Source: an uncultured Chloroflexia bacterium (lineage in GTDB: Bacteria; Chloroflexota; Anaerolineae; JAAYZQ01). From it: a DNA stretch of 64,000 nt. Below, one piece after another: positions 1-10,447 of the stretch. The notes below the pieces were generated by a model, which did no database searches, was not told the DNA's origin, and saw nothing but the letters and a program-made list of their open reading frames with translations. Every line of letters begins with the position of its first letter. The stretch's first letter is position 1. The stretch is taken from contig CAVOXA010000001.1 in NCBI GenBank assembly GCA_963700285.1, positions 1,216,001-1,280,000 on the forward strand. The letters are read 5' to 3'. The position numbers and the translations under genes were made by a program.

Positions 1-167
1 AAGTCGCCATCGTGAACAAATCGCTCGACAGCCTCGCGCACTGTCATCCGCTTGTCGACAAGCCCCCTGGGCTTTTGGTCGCGTACCCAGGCCCGATGCT
101 CATCGGGGTCGTGCCATCCTATCAGTTCCCCCTGGCCTTGCTTCAGGATCCTGATGCTATCTGTCAT
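1..167 (-). CDS. CoA-transferase subunit A (glutaconate/acyl CoA-transferase-like), N-terminal part, runs off the window edge
   Basis: Not in the ORF track. ATG at 167 after a purine-rich RBS. Translates MTDSIRILKQGQGELIGWHDPDEHRAWVRDQKPRGLVDKRMTVREAVERFVHDGD; the DKxMTxxEAVxRFVxDGD segment is typical of the family I CoA-transferase A-subunit N-terminus. Confidence 0.7.
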   Translation of the reverse strand, partial: MTDSIRILKQGQGELIGWHDPDEHRAWVRDQKPRGLVDKRMTVREAVERFVHDGD

Positions 168-273
168 GGATGTGCCTCTTTCTCCCTCTTTCCTTTCCTC
201 AACTGACTTTCCGTAAGCGACTCTCTTCTCCCTACCGAACTATGTCCTGAGATATCGGTGATTGCCACCATGA

Positions 274-1239
274 TCAGTACTGGCTGGGTGACGCTGACAG
301 ATCCAGCATCTCGCGGGCCTGTGCTGGTGTAGCGATCTCCCTGTTCAGTTCCCGCGCAATGCGTACCACGCGCTGTACTGCCTCGACGTTGCTCTCCAGG
401 AGCCGCCCCCGTTTGTAGTATACGTTGTCCTCCATACCCACGCGCACCATCTGCGCCCCCAGGATCATGGCCAGGCTGGTCATGGGCAGTTGGAAGGGGC
501 CAACGCCTGACACTTCGACCACGCACCGGGATGGCAGTTGTTCAAAAAAGTTGACGAGGTTACCTGGAGTGGCCCAGGGCGACATGCCATAGCCCATCAC
601 AAACTGGATCAGGTACGGTGGGGCTACCAGGCCTTGTTCCATCAGATCAAAGACGCTCCACAGTTGCCCGGGGTGGTAGACTTCCATCTCGGGCTTGATG
701 TTGCGTTCTCGCATGGCTTGGGCAAAGCGCTGCAGTTCCCTGTGGGTGATGGGTAGAGTCCCGCTCAACTCCTGGGCAGGTCGCGGGTGGGGCAGGGGTG
801 CCTTTCGCTCCTTGAGCCTGATCTTGTACATATCCGGCCCCATATTCAGTGTGGCGACCTCTGGCGCTGCGTCCAGGCAGGCCACCCGGTCCTCGACGGA
901 CATACCGAAAGAGCCGCCGGTGGTATTGTTGATGATAATCTCGGGACACGCGTCGCGGATCAGGGCATGGACCTTGCGGTACTGCGCCACGTCGCCTGAA
1001 CCGTCCCACCACTTTTCGGGGTCGCGCACGTGCAGATGCACCATGGAGGCACCGGCCCGGTAGCAGGCCAGGGTTTGCTCCACCTGCTCCTCCGGCGTCT
1101 CGGGCAGGTTGGGGTTTGCTTCCTTGCCCTGGACGCCGCCGGTGATGGCGACGGTGATGGCCAGCGGAGGAAAACTGGATCTGCGTACTCTCTCGAGCCA
1201 TTCGTAGGGATTGTAATAGTCCCAGACGTAATTCTGCAT
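274..1239 (-). CDS. beta-keto acid cleavage enzyme (BKACE/DUF849, 3-keto-5-aminohexanoate cleavage enzyme family)
   Basis: ITVAITGG, NPNLPETPEEQ, AGASMVHLHVRD (HxH metal motif), KPEMEVY, VRVGMEDN. ATG at 1239 has GGAG upstream. Confidence 0.9.
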   Translation of the reverse strand: MQNYVWDYYNPYEWLERVRRSSFPPLAITVAITGGVQGKEANPNLPETPEEQVEQTLACYRAGASMVHLHVRDPEKWWDGSGDVAQYRKVHALIRDACPEIIINNTTGGSFGMSVEDRVACLDAAPEVATLNMGPDMYKIRLKERKAPLPHPRPAQELSGTLPITHRELQRFAQAMRERNIKPEMEVYHPGQLWSVFDLMEQGLVAPPYLIQFVMGYGMSPWATPGNLVNFFEQLPSRCVVEVSGVGPFQLPMTSLAMILGAQMVRVGMEDNVYYKRGRLLESNVEAVQRVVRIARELNREIATPAQAREMLDLSASPSQY

Positions 1240-1446
1240 CGTTGCACGCTCCAATGCCTTCAGTTTTACTCTGGTACAGGTCCCCAGGACCAGAGGCGCA
1301 CGCAGTCTGCGGTAGTATAACGGCAGAGACCCATCCGGTCAAGATGGCAGCATCATTGATTCGGTGCGCCTGGCAACCGGCTGCTGCGATCTAGAAATCC
1401 GCGGTTGGTGTGCTGCTCCCCTAAAAGGCATCATCGGCTGCCGCCA

Positions 1447-2608
1447 TCAGGCGCGACCAAAATCCAGGTAGCGGACGCCATCCAGCCGGTACAACCACTT
1501 GGTCCAGCGGCCTTCGCGACCGATACAGCGAAAGTAGGGCGGATCAAAAGCACGTACCAGGTCTCCGATCCGGTAGCGGGGCAGGACCGGAGTGGACACG
1601 ATCAGGCTGCCATACTCCCCGGGCCTCATCTCGTGCAGCATCTTGACCGTCCCTGATTCTAGAAGAACCTCAAAGACGTACAGGTCATAGTTGGGCACCA
1701 AAAGCTGGCGCTCGTCGAGTTGCTGGGCAAAGGCACCCTCGGTGGCGATGTACATCTCTACCACGTCCACGGTGCCGTACAGAGCGCGCAATGCCGGTTC
1801 GTATTGGGTGTGGATGCCCGGCACGCTGGTGGCAGCAATGGCGCGCATGGACCAGATATCCTTGGGCAGCACGCGGTGGTGGCGTTGGAGGTAGTGTCCG
1901 AACTCGAGGATGGAAGGGCAGACCCCGGCGCACATGGTGATGGAAGCATCTTTGGTGCGCTGGTAGACCCACTCGAAGCGACGCTGCCAGGCGCTGGGCG
2001 TGTTTCCCCCGCCCAGGGCATCGATCTCTTCCTGGGGCGGCAGGATCTCGACGGGGGTGGCCTCAGCCGCGTGCCGGACATAGATGCCGGAACTGAAGCC
2101 GTAGGGTACTTGCTGACCATCCACCTCCATCGTTCCTACCACGGAAGGGTAGTTGAGGTTGAGGCTGTAGCCCTCGATGGCATCAAGCTGGTCCGTCCGC
2201 AACAGGTGGTTGAGGAGGCCACGGGCGGCGGCCACTCGGATGCCCAGATCGGTCTCAGTGATGGGAATACGCTTGGGCGTGCCGCGCGTGGTACCCCGGG
2301 TCATGGCCCAGGCAACCGGTGGTTCTGGCAGCAGGGCCTCAATCTCGCCAGCAATGACCCTGTCGATCCAGGGCTTGACCTCAGTCATAGGTGACGATGG
2401 GGAAGGCGCTGCGGTATGCCTCAAAGAGGAGGGGTGGATCGCCGGCCAGGTCCGGAAGCCCGGCGGCGCCGTACTGCTGGCCGTACGTCGTTTTGGCATA
2501 GCCCTCGAGCAGCCACGCCAGGGTCTGGGCCTGGGTTTGAGCTGGATTCTTCAGTCCCTTGTGCCACAATTCGACAAAGAGCTGGATGAACTCCCGATAC
2601 TCCTCCAT
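1447..2608 (-). CDS. GH3 family acyl-acid amido synthetase-like protein (one frameshift near 2385)
   Basis: ORF 2381..2608 (N-terminus ending FPIVTYD) joins ORF 1447..2499. The three GH3 adenylation motifs are present: TRGTTRGTPKRIP, YIATEG, RYRIGD. Confidence 0.8.
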
Positions 2609-2783
2609 CCTTCATTTTCTCCAAGCGGATTCGATTTGTATCGCTGTTCAGATTCTACCACATCGGGCTGGCGAGGGCAAGGTCATCGTCGAGCTCAGAT
2701 TTCCATTGGGTATGAGTATTAGGGATGCCAGGTCTGTCTGCAGGGTACAGACCCGTGACGGCGCCGTCAAGATAGGCGGAGGC

Positions 2784-2812
2784 TTGACGCCGGATCCGAC
2801 CTGTGGTAGGAT
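2784..2812 (+). promoter_or_regulatory. sigma70-type promoter of the TPP enzyme gene
   Basis: TTGACG-17 nt-TAGGAT with extended -10 TG, about 50 nt before the GTG start at 2863. Confidence 0.55.
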
Positions 2813-2862
2813 AGATCCGTCCATGCGCTCATCGTAGCCGATCCAAGATCTGGAGGTCGACA

Positions 2863-4530
2863 GTGTTGGGAATTGAGGCCTTTTTGGAAATCCTCGCCGC
2901 TTCTGGCGTGGAGTACATATTTGGCAATCCGGGCTCGACCGAACTGCCCCTCAGCGATGCTCTGGCCCGGGATCCACGCTTTGAGTATATCTTTGGCCTG
3001 CACGAAGGGCCCCTGACTGCCATGGGCGATGGCTATGCCATGGCTTCGGGCAAACCAGGTGTGGTCTGCGTGCACATTTCCTGCGGCGTGGGCAATTCCA
3101 TGGGCATGCTCTACAACGCCTACAGCGCCGGTTCGCCGCTCCTGCTCGTCGCCGGCCAGCAGGACCGGCGCCTGCGGCTGGGAGAGCCGGTACTGGCGGG
3201 TGAGACCGTGGAGGTGACGCGTCCCTGGACCAAGTGGTCGTACGAGGTTCAGCGCGTCGAGGATGTGCCGCTAGCTGTGCGCCGGGCTGTGCAAGCGGCG
3301 CTGACGCCACCCACGGGACCGGTCTTTCTGTCGCTGCCGGTCGATGTCCAGCTCGAGCTTGCGCAAGGGCTCGAGCTGAGCCCGCCGTACATTCCCGACC
3401 GCCGAATCAGACCGCCGTCGGATGCCCTGCGCCAGGCCGCAGAGCTGCTGGCCCAGGCCCGAAACCCGGCCATCCTGGCCGGCAGCAGGGTGACCGAGGC
3501 GGGTGCTGTGCCCGAGTTGGTCTCGCTGGCCGAGCAGCTCGGTGCGCCTGTGCTGGCCGAACAGCAGACTTCTCACGCGCGGCTGCCCATGCCGGCTGAC
3601 CATCCCCTCTATGCGGGCGGCCTGCCTCTGTGGGGACCGCAGGTTCACGAGACTCTGTCGGAATTCGACACAATCCTGGTGGTAGGCATGGATCTGTTGC
3701 GCCTCTACATCCACCAGGAGCCGCCACGGCCCATGCCGGAACAGGCGCGCTTGATCCACCTGGACGCGGATCCCTGGCAGATAGGCAAGAACTATCCGGT
3801 GGAAGTAGGTCTGGTGGGCGACCCGAAGGCCGGTCTGGCGGAGCTGGCTCGGTGCCTGACGAAGCTTCTTTCAGCGGAGCAGAACCAGGCGGCTGCCGAG
3901 CGCCTGGGAGCGCACGCCGCCCGGCGCAAGGCCGAGCACGAGGCGCTGTGCTCCGAGATCGACAGACAGTGGGATCTGCAGCCCATGACGCCCTACGCCT
4001 TTATGGGCGCGCTGTGCCGTGTCCTGCCGCCGGACGCAGCAGTGGTGGAGGAAGCCGTTACCACGCACCAGTACCTGCTGGAGAGGCTGGGCGTGCTGAA
4101 GGATCCCAGTGGCTATTTCGGCCACCGCGGCTGGGCCCTGGGCTGGGGGCTGGGTTGTGCCATAGGCGTCAAGCTGGCCTGGCCTGACCGGCCGGCTGTG
4201 GCCCTGTCCGGCGATGGTGCGGCGATGTATGGCATCCAGGCGCTTTGGACGGCGGCCCATCACCGCATCCCGGTGGTGTTTATCATCGCTAACAACGCCC
4301 AGTACAAGATCCTGAAGGTAAGCGGCGACGTGATGCAGTTGCCCCAGATGGTCCAAAAAAACTACCTGGCCATGGACCTGGTTGGACCGGAGATCGATTT
4401 CGTGGGCCTGGCCCGCTCTCTGGGCGTCCAAGCCCTGCGGGTGAGCAGGCCGGATGATCTAAGTGACAGCGTTCGCGACGCGTTTGAAGGCACCGAGCCG
4501 GTCCTGCTGGATGTGATCGTCGACCGCTGA
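2863..4530 (+). CDS. thiamine pyrophosphate-dependent enzyme, benzoylformate decarboxylase-like
   Basis: IFGNPGSTELP, GLHE, AMGDGYA and the TPP motif GDGAAMY...NNAQY; GGAGG RBS before the GTG. Confidence 0.85.
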   Translation: MLGIEAFLEILAASGVEYIFGNPGSTELPLSDALARDPRFEYIFGLHEGPLTAMGDGYAMASGKPGVVCVHISCGVGNSMGMLYNAYSAGSPLLLVAGQQDRRLRLGEPVLAGETVEVTRPWTKWSYEVQRVEDVPLAVRRAVQAALTPPTGPVFLSLPVDVQLELAQGLELSPPYIPDRRIRPPSDALRQAAELLAQARNPAILAGSRVTEAGAVPELVSLAEQLGAPVLAEQQTSHARLPMPADHPLYAGGLPLWGPQVHETLSEFDTILVVGMDLLRLYIHQEPPRPMPEQARLIHLDADPWQIGKNYPVEVGLVGDPKAGLAELARCLTKLLSAEQNQAAAERLGAHAARRKAEHEALCSEIDRQWDLQPMTPYAFMGALCRVLPPDAAVVEEAVTTHQYLLERLGVLKDPSGYFGHRGWALGWGLGCAIGVKLAWPDRPAVALSGDGAAMYGIQALWTAAHHRIPVVFIIANNAQYKILKVSGDVMQLPQMVQKNYLAMDLVGPEIDFVGLARSLGVQALRVSRPDDLSDSVRDAFEGTEPVLLDVIVDR

Positions 4531-4728
4531 TTACCTTGCTGCCGGAGAAGCCAGCGGCCCGGATCCGGTTGTGGTCCTGAACTTTGGCGACTAGGCGACT
4601 GCGGAGAGGACCAACGAAAGCATGACGTAGCATATCCCGCCGGCTGTGGACCTGCGGCAGCGTGTGGTCGATGGGGTCCAATCTGATGCCGCGAACGGAC
4701 GGAAACAAAACAGCAGTTGGAGCGAGCT

Positions 4729-6789
4729 ATGGAACAACGGCTGCTAGCGATCGCCAAGAAGCTCGGGTTTGAGCCCGAGACCCCGAGCGAACTCGATCGG
4801 GCAGCTATTGCCTGGGGCCTCTTTGGCGTTCTCTATTCGGTACCGTTGGTGCTCGCCGGCCTCGCGTGGCTTGTTGCTGTCACTGATGTGAGCCTACTAC
4901 TCGCTGAATGGCCGACCTGCCTGGTTCTGTGTGTATTCCTCTTTCTGTTCAAGCGGCTCAGGTTCTTCTTTTTCATCGAGTCGCCTGGAAACGAGCAGAC
5001 CAGATTCAACAGCACATTCGAACCCATCGTCATCTGGTCGGCAGTCCTGATATTCGGCCCTTCCTTGCTGTGGATAGCTGTTTTTCTAGATACGCTGGCC
5101 TACGGCCGCCGCGTGCGCCGGGCGGCAAGTGGCGTGGGCCGCTGGGATTATCTCCGCAACCTTCTGCACAACCTTGCGAGCACTACGCTGGTCAGTTTGG
5201 TCGCTCTAGACCTCTATGGGCGCTGGGGCGGCGCCATCCCCTTCCCTGGCTTGACGCTTGCGGCCGTAATGCCCGCTGTCCTGGCGACTCTGGCCCATGT
5301 GGGCCTGCAGGCGCTTATCTATGCACCCCTCTTGTTGTATGTCGCGGTGGGCTGGTCGCCGGTGTTTCGCCGGGAGCCGGGCTGGCTGAGTACGCTGACC
5401 TGGGGTTTCGGTATTACCCTTGGGGCCACAGGCTTGATCGAGCTCTTTGCCATTCTGGCGGCAGGCCTGTACGTCGACAATGGCCCCGGTGTCTATTTTG
5501 CCTTTCTTACTGGCCTGCTACTGGTGAGTTGGCTGGCATTTCGGCTGAGCATGTACCTGGAGCGCAGCCAGCAACGATCGCGCGAACTGGAGAGATTGGA
5601 GGAGCTGGGGCGCGCCATCTTGAGAGCGCCGCCGGACGCCTCCACGCTGCCTGACTTGCTGGACGAGCACGCCGGCAGCATGTTCCTGCGCAGCCAGATA
5701 GAGATTCGCCTCTATCCCGATGGGACGCTGTTGCACAGCCCTGATAACTGGCCACCGGTCGGTGATCTAGTCTGGGAGTGGCTTCGAGCAAACCCTGAGT
5801 CGCGTTCCTATCTGCCAGGTTCCAACCTTCCCTGGGATGAACAGGTGGACCACAACGCTGGGCTGGCCCTGGCCCCGATCTTTGAAGCCGACAGTGGGGG
5901 CGAGGCGCCATTGCCACCCATCGGAGGCATCTATCTGCTTCGAGATCAAGACCCTGTGGATGTGGCCAGCCTGCTGCCGGCCCTGCAGTCGCTGGCCGCC
6001 CAGATTGCCTCCGCGCTGCACAGGGCCGAGGTGGTCCGCATCGAGCAAGAATTGGCTGTCGCCGGCCGGATCCAGGCTAGTTTCCTGCCAGAGAGCTTGC
6101 CGCAGATCCCCGGCTGGAAGTTGGCAGCGGCCTTGGAGCCGGCTCGAGAGACCTCGGGTGATTTCTACGACGTCATCCCGCTTCCGAATGGCCGCTGGGG
6201 GCTCCTGGTGGCCGACGTGGCCGACAAGGGCACCGGGGCAGCGCTGTATATGGCCCTGAGCCGGACGCTGATCCGTACCTTTGCTGTAGAATACCCCCAT
6301 CAGCCTGATCTCGCGCTGGGAGCCGCCAACCGGCGCATCCTGGCCGATGCGAGCGCCGATCTCTTTGTCACGGTCTTTTACGGAGTCTTGGATCCGGGTT
6401 CAGGCATGCTGACCTACTGTAACGCAGGCCACAATCCACCCTTTCTGCTGGGAGAAGAGCCTGGCGCGCGGAACTGGGCTCTGACCGGAACAGGACTCCC
6501 GTTGGGGGTACTGGAGGAAGAGATCTGGGAGCCGCGCTCCGTCCGGCTCGATGGAGGGAGCACCCTGGTATTGTACACGGACGGCGTAACTGAGACAGGG
6601 GATCCCCAGGAAGAGATGTTTGGTAAGGAACGGCTGCTCGGGGTCCTGAAAGCAGCCCAGGGGGCCAGCGCACAGGGGATCCTGGACACTGTACTGAGCG
6701 CAGTGCATGAATTCGCAGCTGATTCACCCCACTCTCAGCACGATGATATCACCATCATGGTTCTGGTCCGCGGCACGCCACAGGGTTGA
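4729..6789 (+). CDS. membrane-bound PP2C/SpoIIE-family (RsbU-like) protein phosphatase
   Basis: About 8 hydrophobic N-terminal helices and a GAF-like middle. C-terminal IQASFLP, SGDFYD, VADVADKG, NAGHNPP, LYTDGVTE, DDITI. Confidence 0.9.
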   Translation: MEQRLLAIAKKLGFEPETPSELDRAAIAWGLFGVLYSVPLVLAGLAWLVAVTDVSLLLAEWPTCLVLCVFLFLFKRLRFFFFIESPGNEQTRFNSTFEPIVIWSAVLIFGPSLLWIAVFLDTLAYGRRVRRAASGVGRWDYLRNLLHNLASTTLVSLVALDLYGRWGGAIPFPGLTLAAVMPAVLATLAHVGLQALIYAPLLLYVAVGWSPVFRREPGWLSTLTWGFGITLGATGLIELFAILAAGLYVDNGPGVYFAFLTGLLLVSWLAFRLSMYLERSQQRSRELERLEELGRAILRAPPDASTLPDLLDEHAGSMFLRSQIEIRLYPDGTLLHSPDNWPPVGDLVWEWLRANPESRSYLPGSNLPWDEQVDHNAGLALAPIFEADSGGEAPLPPIGGIYLLRDQDPVDVASLLPALQSLAAQIASALHRAEVVRIEQELAVAGRIQASFLPESLPQIPGWKLAAALEPARETSGDFYDVIPLPNGRWGLLVADVADKGTGAALYMALSRTLIRTFAVEYPHQPDLALGAANRRILADASADLFVTVFYGVLDPGSGMLTYCNAGHNPPFLLGEEPGARNWALTGTGLPLGVLEEEIWEPRSVRLDGGSTLVLYTDGVTETGDPQEEMFGKERLLGVLKAAQGASAQGILDTVLSAVHEFAADSPHSQHDDITIMVLVRGTPQG

Positions 6790-6924
6790 GGCTTGCCCGG
6801 TGCTGGCTCGCATCGAACCTCGGACTGCGCGAGCCGTGTGAAAAGTGACGTTGAGTCCATAGTCCGAGTGTCTGTTTAGAGTAAACTCGTGATGGCCCCG
6901 TAGGGGGCAAGGAGGTCAGAAAGC

Positions 6925-7629
6925 ATGCGATCAAGAACGATAAGGCAAGCGATCGTCCTGGGCGGATTCTTGGTTCTCGCCGGTATTCTGTTGCTGCTCC
7001 AGACCTTTGTCGATCTAAGCGCCTGGCTCTGGTTTGCCCTGATGGCTGTCGGGGGGCTGGTTGCTCTGGTTCTGTACCTTGCAGACCGTTCCGACCTGGC
7101 GATGCTCATCACGGCCTACGTGCTGTTGGCCATTGCCGGGTTGGTGGCCCTGATAATGCTTAACGTCCTGCGCGATGAGGGCGTGGCTGCCTATGTCCTT
7201 ACGGCCGTTGCTGTGCCCTTCCTGGCGGTATATGGGCGCGACCGGCAGCAGTGGTGGGCACTCATACCGGCCTACGTTCTGCTAGCCCTGGCTTTGATGA
7301 TCGGCCTGATGGGGCTCGGGATCCTGGCAGAGCTCCTGGTTCCGGCCTATGTCATGTTTGCCATCGCCATCCCCTTCTTTGCGGTGTATGTCTGGGATCG
7401 CAGGCGGTGGTGGGCGCTGATCCCCGCTGGGATCCTGGCCGCTGTGGGCCTTTTTTTGTCTATTGCCGAAGGCTTGTTCCCATACGTCGTACCCCTTCTC
7501 CTGGTTCTTGTGGGTCTCTCGATCCTGGTACGGGCCTTTGTCCGCCGCGCGCCTGCAGATGGTGCGGGTCTGTCCACCCCGGAAGCGCTGCCGCAGACGG
7601 ATAAGGAAGCGGGGGGCCGGGAGGGATGA
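6925..7629 (+). CDS. integral membrane protein with ~52-aa WWALIPA repeats
   Basis: AGGAGG RBS; almost entirely hydrophobic; repeated (WW)ALIPAYVL...AYV..A.A.PF.AVY..DR units. Confidence 0.75.
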   Translation: MRSRTIRQAIVLGGFLVLAGILLLLQTFVDLSAWLWFALMAVGGLVALVLYLADRSDLAMLITAYVLLAIAGLVALIMLNVLRDEGVAAYVLTAVAVPFLAVYGRDRQQWWALIPAYVLLALALMIGLMGLGILAELLVPAYVMFAIAIPFFAVYVWDRRRWWALIPAGILAAVGLFLSIAEGLFPYVVPLLLVLVGLSILVRAFVRRAPADGAGLSTPEALPQTDKEAGGREG

Positions 7630-7679
7630 CCTCAGGGAACCTTCCATTCGGCCCGGAGCCATGCAGGTTGCTACCGCTT

Positions 7680-8651
7680 CTATTCCTTCCTGGCACGGGG
7701 CCAAAGCACCCGGCGTGATGTTCCCCGCCATGCCCTCGCCCCGAACAGCACGGCTCGGGCTGTCCAGCCGACCGTCTTCTGGACCACGCGATATGCCAAG
7801 GTTCGCTCTCCATAGCGCGCGGCCAGGTCGTCGACGGTCGCTTGCATCATGACGGGCTGCTCGTGGCGCGCCTGCAGCTCCTCGTGGCTGCGGCACAACC
7901 ACAGATACAGGTCGGCCTCGGTACGCCCGGGAAAGTCCCCAAGGATCCGCCGGTCGCGGATGATATGGACGATGGGAGTATAGCACAGTGTACCCCAAAG
8001 CTGCACGGCTTCCTCAAAAGGGACTTCCCGCCCGTCTATCTCAGAGATGGCTAGCTGGAAGGCCTCTATCTCGGCCAGTAGATCGACATAACCATCGGCG
8101 TGGGTAAGCTCGATGTACAGGCCAGGGCACAGGCGATCGAAATGGGTTCGCTCTACAAAGGCAGCGTAGGCGCTCTTGCCCAACAGCGCGTCGATGTCCG
8201 CGTCCGGCTCGAAAGGGATGTCGGTTTCGAACTCCCAAACTTTGGCCTGGATATTGCGTTGTCTGTACTGGCGCGCCACCGATACCCGGTGGTTGCCGTC
8301 TCGGACAAAGTAGGCCTGGCCTACCTTGTAGAGTTCAATGGGGGGCATGCTATGGCCCGAAGAAACCAACCGCTCGATCCGCTGCCAGCGCTCTTGCAGG
8401 TGGTCCTGCCGGGGGCCAAAGGCGCGGGTAAAGTCGGCGTAGCGGCCCGCGCTTCCCACGATGTCGTCCAGGGGTACGGTCTGGATCCCCTGGTCTTGCA
8501 TGTCGCTTAGCTGGAGCCTTTGGCTCACCTGCTCAAAGCTGAGCAAGTAGGCGGGCCGCTGGGAAAAGGAGGCCAGGACATCCTGGACAAACGCCGCCCG
8601 TCGCGCATGTTTCCATTCCGGGCTTTCTGCGGCTGTGTAGGTGTCTCTCAA
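7680..8651 (-). CDS. ParB/Srx-like N-terminal domain protein (DUF4032-associated type)
   Basis: IVGSAGRYADF, PPIELYKVGQAYFVRDGNHRVSVAR (ParB/Srx DGxHR motif), C-terminal FPGRTEADLYLW; GGGAGGAG RBS before a TTG start. Confidence 0.7.
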   Translation of the reverse strand: MRDTYTAAESPEWKHARRAAFVQDVLASFSQRPAYLLSFEQVSQRLQLSDMQDQGIQTVPLDDIVGSAGRYADFTRAFGPRQDHLQERWQRIERLVSSGHSMPPIELYKVGQAYFVRDGNHRVSVARQYRQRNIQAKVWEFETDIPFEPDADIDALLGKSAYAAFVERTHFDRLCPGLYIELTHADGYVDLLAEIEAFQLAISEIDGREVPFEEAVQLWGTLCYTPIVHIIRDRRILGDFPGRTEADLYLWLCRSHEELQARHEQPVMMQATVDDLAARYGERTLAYRVVQKTVGWTARAVLFGARAWRGTSRRVLWPRARKE

Positions 8652-8898
8652 GCGAGCTCCTCCCGTTTGATGCCTGCATATCGACCCCTATGCAGGCTAG
8701 GCAGCCGCCCTGAGCTGGCCGCTGCGGCATTCTCACCGGTGAAAGGTTGCCGGTCGGCTGCGAGCCCGCAGCGCATCGCGCTCGGAGCCGACTGTCCCCC
8801 TACCCATCAAACGCCTGTCCTGGCGTCAGGTCTGGCACTGGCCAGAACACGATGCCAGGCGAACCGGTGGGACTATGCCTCCCAGGGATGGAGAGAGC

Positions 8899-10260
8899 CT
8901 ATTCGACTGCGTCCGGTTCCGCTGCTGCTCCCGGCACCGTTGCTTCGTGCTGCGCGTCCGCTTGCGCTGCGGATTCCCGCACCTCGCCCTCCAGCGCAGT
9001 GGTTTCTTGTTCCGCGGCCTCTCCTGCTGCCTGCACTGGTTCTCGCTTGCGGAAGGCTACCAGCCAGATGGCGCCCAATCCCAGGATGATGGCGACGATC
9101 TCGATGACCCAGCCTAGGTGGGGGATGGCGCGCAGCAGCATGTAGATAGCCAGGCCCAACAGAAGCGCTACTATCCGGTGGGCGGCTGCCCTCGGGGCCA
9201 GGCGTTTGAGGATCAGGAAACCCACCAGGTAGGCAACGATCACTTTGCTGCCGTAGAACACGGCCAGGGCAAAGAGTGAACCGGCCAGTACCAGGAGTGA
9301 GAAGCCGATGCCCCAGAACAGAAAAGCCAGCTCCCACAGCGTGACCGAGCCCAGCCAGAGACCCACGCCGACCAGCATCGCTGCCAGCAGCAGGGCGATG
9401 CCGATCCCGTTCACAAAGATGACGGCTGCCAGGACACCATAGCCCGTAGCCGCCAGTGGTCTGCCCCGCAGGCTGCCCGCACCGCGGTCGAGCCAGCTGG
9501 GGAGCAGCCAGACCGCCAGGGAGCCCACCAGCAGCAGCGCTACGAGCTCTCCCAGCCGGGCCACAAACCACTCGGGGACGCCCACGCCTCCGCTCTCTCC
9601 GCTCTGCTGGAAGAGAGGAATGCGCATGGGGGCTGCGTAGCCGGCGACCTTCTGTCCGCCCAGTCCGACAAAGAGCAGGCTCTCGGAGGGCTCGCCCGTC
9701 CCGGGCTGCCAGAACCCCAACTCGCCAGCCGACCCCTCCTGCGGGCTGAATCCGATCTTGCCGTGGAACGATAGCAGGGCGATGATCGCGTTCAGGCCCC
9801 GTCCGATCTCGCTGCCGATGCTGGCCCGGACGCTGGCTGCCACCAAATCCCGGCCGATTTTGGAGCCCTGGGCGCTGTCCAGCAGCACGCCGCCAAAGTG
9901 TACGTTGTGGTGGATCTGGGATGCCGGCCCGAGTCTGAGCGTTCTGCCCGCTACATAGACGCTGCCCCCTACCTCACCGTTCAGCGACACCTCACGGCCC
10001 GCGACTACCAGGCTGCCAGTGGTCGTGCCGTTTATGGATACAGAGGAGCCGACGGCCACCACGTCGCCGTTCACCGTGCCATTTACCGTCACATTGGTCC
10101 CGGTGAGGATCACGTCATTCTCGATGACCTCTCCAGCCGGGATCGTGTCGCCCCGCACAATCCACTGGGCCTGCGCCGCCTGGGGCACAGCGAATAGTGC
10201 GACGACGATGAGTGCCAGGGCCAGCGCCATCCGCGCCGGCAGGTTGAGAACTTGATTCAT
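8899..10260 (-). CDS. exported-domain membrane protein with polymer-forming cytoskeletal (bactofilin-like) beta-repeats
   Basis: Signal peptide ending AQA; repeats such as VTVNGTVNGDVVAVG and VSLNGEVGGSVYVAG; several C-terminal TM helices and an acidic tail. Confidence 0.75.
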   Translation of the reverse strand: MNQVLNLPARMALALALIVVALFAVPQAAQAQWIVRGDTIPAGEVIENDVILTGTNVTVNGTVNGDVVAVGSSVSINGTTTGSLVVAGREVSLNGEVGGSVYVAGRTLRLGPASQIHHNVHFGGVLLDSAQGSKIGRDLVAASVRASIGSEIGRGLNAIIALLSFHGKIGFSPQEGSAGELGFWQPGTGEPSESLLFVGLGGQKVAGYAAPMRIPLFQQSGESGGVGVPEWFVARLGELVALLLVGSLAVWLLPSWLDRGAGSLRGRPLAATGYGVLAAVIFVNGIGIALLLAAMLVGVGLWLGSVTLWELAFLFWGIGFSLLVLAGSLFALAVFYGSKVIVAYLVGFLILKRLAPRAAAHRIVALLLGLAIYMLLRAIPHLGWVIEIVAIILGLGAIWLVAFRKREPVQAAGEAAEQETTALEGEVRESAAQADAQHEATVPGAAAEPDAVE

Positions 10261-10447
10261 GGTGCCCCCCTATGCCTTCTGTGTTCCAGGAATGCCTGGT
10301 GTGTGGTCCCGCCGGAGCGGGTCTGCCAACGAACTGCGATCTAGAAAGAGCATCCGCAAGCCTTGGGGTTCGCGCTTGGTTATTGTAGCACAGTTCACGG
10401 ATGTGTGCAACAGCGATTGGTGCCCGCATTAGGGCTGTTGCAAAGTC

